From NCBI GenBank assembly GCA_030605195.1, contig JAUWBB010000001.1, positions 1 to 46,211 on the forward strand: a stretch of DNA of 46,211 nt, given 5' to 3'. This document shows positions 42,952 through 46,211 of this stretch, in pieces. The first letter of the stretch is position 1; each line of letters opens with the position of its first letter. The position numbers and the translations under genes were made by a program. Source of the DNA: Bacteroidota bacterium. GTDB taxonomy: Bacteria; Bacteroidota; Bacteroidia; Bacteroidales; VadinHA17. The notes under the pieces were generated by a model. The model did not search any database. It was not told where the DNA came from and was given only the letters and a program-made list of their open reading frames with translations.

Positions 42952-43202
42952 TGAAATGTAACAAATGCCCGTATTTTTCAACCGGCAAACTAAAAGTAGT
43001 CGACAGGTACAATTATGGAAGGAATTATTATTATATCGTTTTGGTGAAATGTAACAAAATGAATAGCATAATGTTAACAATCAAAGATCAGCAGGGATTA
43101 GAAGATATTGAAATTCCAGACATCGTGCCTGATTGGAATTGTCTGGAACTTCAGAAGCTAAGAGAGAAAAACGAAATATCACATTTTGAAATGAGCATAT
43201 AA
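42948..43202 (+). CDS. hypothetical protein (84 aa)
   Basis: Intact ORF. Confidence 0.5.
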   Translation: MMKCNKCPYFSTGKLKVVDRYNYGRNYYYIVLVKCNKMNSIMLTIKDQQGLEDIEIPDIVPDWNCLELQKLREKNEISHFEMSI

Positions 43203-43211
43203 AGATAAGTC

Positions 43212-43466
43212 ATGAGTAATCCGGAAAACTTAACAAATGCCTTGAAAAGGGCAAACACACTTAATTTAAAATTAAGAATTAGAAACAAACATTTGAAAGA
43301 AAAAATTCAGGAACTTGAAATGAAAATTAAATTACAGAAAATATATTGCAAATTTTTTCACAGACAAGGAAAGAAATTTACAGTTTGGATTACAGAGTAT
43401 TGGTTGCGAGTAATTTATTATTTAGAAGATAAAAAAAATGACACAAAACAAAAAAATTATGAATGA
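43212..43466 (+). CDS. hypothetical protein (84 aa)
   Basis: Intact ORF with a coiled-coil-like N-terminus. Confidence 0.5.
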   Translation: MSNPENLTNALKRANTLNLKLRIRNKHLKEKIQELEMKIKLQKIYCKFFHRQGKKFTVWITEYWLRVIYYLEDKKNDTKQKNYE

Positions 43467-43608
43467 TACTTACTGGGAAATGATAGCAGAATTACCACCT
43501 GAACTTATAAACGAAAAAGATTATTGGCTTGTACAAGAATGGGAAAATGAACAGGATCGCATAGATCATGAAAAACAATTAGAAGAAGGAAATGAAGAAA
43601 ATCTCTGA
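43459..43608 (+). CDS. hypothetical acidic protein (49 aa)
   Basis: ATG overlapping the previous gene's end; fills the gap to 43611. Confidence 0.35.
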   Translation: MNDTYWEMIAELPPELINEKDYWLVQEWENEQDRIDHEKQLEEGNEENL

Positions 43609-43610
43609 TA

Positions 43611-43988
43611 ATGAAACAAACAGGAATAATGAAAAAGCCTAAAATAATTTGCATTTGCGGCTCAACAAGGTTCGCTGATTTACATGCCATTGCAAGGTGG
43701 GAATTTGAAAAGAATGGTAAGGCAATTTGTTTAATGATTAATTATTTACCACAATGGTATGCAGATAAACAAGGATGGAATGGAAATGATCATCATGGAG
43801 AAAAATCAGGAAACAAAGAAGCCCTAGACGAACTTCATTTCAGGAAAATTGATCTTGCAGATGAAATATTTGTAATTAATAAGGATGGATATATTGGAGA
43901 ATCCACTCGTAAAGAGATTGAATATGCTGAAAAATTAGGTAAGCCGGTAAAATGTTTAGAATATTTTTACAAAGGAGAATTAAAATGA
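43611..43988 (+). CDS. nucleoside 2-deoxyribosyltransferase-fold protein
   Basis: KIICICGSTRF ... KIDLADEIFVINKDGYIGESTRKEIEYAEKLGKPV follows the pattern of this fold. Confidence 0.5.
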   Translation: MKQTGIMKKPKIICICGSTRFADLHAIARWEFEKNGKAICLMINYLPQWYADKQGWNGNDHHGEKSGNKEALDELHFRKIDLADEIFVINKDGYIGESTRKEIEYAEKLGKPVKCLEYFYKGELK

Positions 43989-44326
43989 AAGAACAAACTG
44001 GAACATTTGATATAATAGACGGCATCCCGATAGTTTTTGCTCATGGATTGCTGAAACCTGATGTTAACGATTATTCTTTATTTCAGATAGATTTGTTTAC
44101 CTCAGCTTCTAAACAATACGAATCTTCCCGTCAGGAATGGGGAGTTAAAAATATTACTGATACTTTCATAGAGGATAAAACTGGAATTATTATTATTTCA
44201 GTCATTTTAAATTATGTTGAATATTTGTTAAAAGGAAAAGAACAAATCCGATTCACGGAAATCCAATCTTCGGAAAACAACAAACGAGGTAAATGCAAAA
44301 TAACTAAAATAATTGAAAATGAATAA
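43985..44326 (+). CDS. hypothetical protein (113 aa)
   Basis: Start set at the ATGA overlap with the upstream stop. Confidence 0.5.
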   Translation: MKEQTGTFDIIDGIPIVFAHGLLKPDVNDYSLFQIDLFTSASKQYESSRQEWGVKNITDTFIEDKTGIIIISVILNYVEYLLKGKEQIRFTEIQSSENNKRGKCKITKIIENE

Positions 44327-44630
44327 AAAAGATGCAAGACAAATTGCCGAAAAAATTACAAATGAAGAACTTTTGCAAATGTTTAAAAATGCAAAAGAGA
44401 AAATAACTGATTGGAATGAGGTAAGTGTTTGTAATAAATCTTTTGATAAGGGAGCTGCATGGAATATACTGGCAAAAGATTTTGATTTAAATTATCGGTA
44501 TCACATTTTAGCTAAGACAAATATGGTTCGGGAATTTGGAAATTATTTATTTGATTATTCAAAACCTAAAAAAAAGCAAAAATCGAAAATAAAATTACAT
44601 CATCAAGAGCCAAATTTTACTAATTGGTAA
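44313..44630 (+). CDS. hypothetical protein (105 aa)
   Basis: Intact ORF. Confidence 0.5.
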   Translation: MKMNKKDARQIAEKITNEELLQMFKNAKEKITDWNEVSVCNKSFDKGAAWNILAKDFDLNYRYHILAKTNMVREFGNYLFDYSKPKKKQKSKIKLHHQEPNFTNW

Positions 44631-44646
44631 CTAAAATAATTTAATC

Positions 44647-44832
44647 ATGCCATCACTCACAGTTAAATCAAATAATAAAATAGAAATGATATTTGATCAC
44701 ATTATTGAATTGATCAGAGAAAGACCTGCCTTCTGGTCGTCAAAAGATGCAGATGTGAAATTAAAATCTCTTGTTGCAGAAATCAGGAAAGAACTCGAGT
44801 GTATTGAAAATCAGACTGAATTAAATGAATAA
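44647..44832 (+). CDS. hypothetical protein (61 aa)
   Basis: Intact ORF. Confidence 0.45.
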   Translation: MPSLTVKSNNKIEMIFDHIIELIRERPAFWSSKDADVKLKSLVAEIRKELECIENQTELNE

Positions 44833-44868
44833 TTAAAACAATATGATCATGATACGAGCGGCTTAGAT

Positions 44869-45213
44869 ATGATAAGGGATATAAATGAACGGATTACTGA
44901 ATTTCTGACTGAAGGAGAATATCCTGTAGAACCCGATTTTGAAGTTATCCCGGTTGCTCTCACCATGGAACAGATAGAAGAATTTAATCCACCGCCTAAT
45001 CCAGCAAAGATAACGGACCCGAGAGCAAAATGGTATATAGAAAAGTTTGGAGAAAAAAGTTGGGAACTTGACAGTATAAATGCAATTGAATTGCGTAGGA
45101 TAGCCGAAGATTCCATTTTGGAATATATTGATCTTGATAATTATAATGGTTGGATTGAAAGGGAAAAGAGAGAGAAAAAACTATTAATCGAATTTGCAAA
45201 TAACCTACATTAA
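44869..45213 (+). CDS. hypothetical protein (114 aa)
   Basis: Intact ORF; the segment LTMEQIEEFNPPPNPAKITDPRAKWYIEKFG...WELDSI looks conserved but I cannot name the family. Confidence 0.5.
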   Translation: MIRDINERITEFLTEGEYPVEPDFEVIPVALTMEQIEEFNPPPNPAKITDPRAKWYIEKFGEKSWELDSINAIELRRIAEDSILEYIDLDNYNGWIEREKREKKLLIEFANNLH

Positions 45214-45227
45214 AATCGTATAATAAA

Positions 45228-45548
45228 ATGGCAAAAATTAAAAAACCTGACGAAGAAAAAATAGCTGTCGCGGCTTCGCAAATAAAAACTTTGTTTATGC
45301 TTGCAAATAGTATGGATATTGATTCACTGAAAGAAGCAAGGGAGCCTTTCGCTGATGCAATTTCAAAATATGAGACTATTGGTTTTATTGAAAGTCATAA
45401 TTACCTGCTAAAGGATAAAAAAAATAAGGCAAAGCTCGCAAGGCTCGATGCTTTGATAAAACTGATTGAAATATTGAGAGAAACCAATGAAGTTTTAACA
45501 GGAAAATCTTCTGAGGATATGAATATTTTAAGGATATTAGGATTATGA
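45228..45548 (+). CDS. hypothetical protein (106 aa)
   Basis: Intact ORF. Confidence 0.5.
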   Translation: MAKIKKPDEEKIAVAASQIKTLFMLANSMDIDSLKEAREPFADAISKYETIGFIESHNYLLKDKKNKAKLARLDALIKLIEILRETNEVLTGKSSEDMNILRILGL

Positions 45549-45569
45549 AACTTTAAATAGACGGCAATA

Positions 45570-45663
45570 AAGTCAATTTCCGCCTATACTATACCATTCA
45601 GGAACTTTTTAAGTCGCTTAAACGAGCTTACATGAAGTTAATTTACTGTAAATCACTCAAGTA
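45570..45663. repeat. copy B of the roughly 95-bp dispersed repeat
   Basis: Aligns to 24519..24612 (see copy A). Confidence 0.7.
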
Positions 45664-45723
45664 ATACAATTATTAGTGTAAACAGACAATTTATATAATT
45701 ACTCACTTAAATTTATTTTGATT

Positions 45724-46211
45724 ATGGAACCACAAACAGTAGAAGTTTATGTTGAATTGACCGAAGGTGAAATTAACGAAAGGTCAAGGGAGTTGGCAAA
45801 TATTTTGACAGAAGCCAGCGAGATTAAAGACGAATTTCTTAGTCATGTCAAGACGGAGAAAGCGAAGATCGAAGCCAAGGAAGTCAGGGCAAAAGAACTC
45901 ATTCATTCAATAAAGAGCGGGAAAGAAAAAAAGACGTTTAAATGTGCGGTTGAAAAGAATTATGATAATAAGGAATGGGTGTATAGGGATATTGTAACCC
46001 GCAAAATTGTAAAGACAGAGCAATTTGCATTGGATGATTTTCAGCGAGACCTTGATGAGAAACCGGAATTACAAATGAAAGTTGAAGGCGCCAAGAAAGG
46101 AGATGTAATATTACCGGAAGAACCGTTGATCGAAAAAACTGCTATAAAGTATGCATCAGTTGAAATTAAGAATGGCAAGGAAGGACAATTGCAGTTTTAC
46201 GAGGACTTTGC
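45724..46211 (+). CDS. hypothetical protein, 3'-truncated by the window edge
   Basis: ATG at 45724 with an open frame to the last base; absent from the track because it has no stop. Confidence 0.55.
   Translation, partial: MEPQTVEVYVELTEGEINERSRELANILTEASEIKDEFLSHVKTEKAKIEAKEVRAKELIHSIKSGKEKKTFKCAVEKNYDNKEWVYRDIVTRKIVKTEQFALDDFQRDLDEKPELQMKVEGAKKGDVILPEEPLIEKTAIKYASVEIKNGKEGQLQFYEDF

Noticed and set aside
44621-44646. TTGGTAACTAAAATAATTTA upstream of 44647 as a fifth member of the promoter family
   Set aside because: It has the -33-like block, but the position 20 nt downstream (TGCCATCA, inside the ORF) does not resemble a -7 box.

Overview
AT-rich 46.2-kb window in which every credible gene lies on the + strand. 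It reads as a near-complete tailed dsDNA phage genome with siphovirus-like architecture. The host is probably Bacteroidota (inference): most genes lack a Shine-Dalgarno sequence, several promoters fit the TTTG-N20-TAnnTTT(G/A) type, and there is a BspA/DUF285-like repeat protein and a GG-leader peptide. Gene order: (1) 41-3020, small Cys-rich mini-proteins plus a ParB-like / SAM-methyltransferase / radical-SAM triad; (2) 3144-12967, packaging and head genes (TerS-like, TerL, portal, HExxH mini-protein, MuF head-morphogenesis protein fused to an ADP-ribosyltransferase domain, scaffold, decoration-like, major capsid, connectors); (3) 12979-24145, tail genes (major tail, chaperones, 992-aa tape measure, Dit-like, 1187-aa Tal/fibre, BspA-like repeat protein); (4) 24170-24520, a holin-like gene plus an unannotated GG-leader Cys-rich peptide; (5) 24521-25211, a roughly 690-bp non-coding island with a repeat, a terminator, a promoter and a structured leader carrying a tRNA-like T-arm/acceptor minihelix; (6) 25212-46211, early/middle genes: acidic small proteins, RadC-JAB, a DUF932-like protein, a second radical SAM, an ATPase plus PD-(D/E)XK recombination module, a replisome organizer with internal iterons, a GH108 endolysin, ASCH, two N6/N4 DNA methyltransferases, a RuvC-like resolvase, a decayed PAPS-reductase/C5-MTase chimera, a DnaQ-like exonuclease, an HNH/NinG-like protein and two deoxyribosyltransferase-fold proteins. 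I found no integrase, transposase, rRNA, canonical tRNA or CRISPR array. All functional calls rest on motifs read by eye from the translations; no database search was possible.
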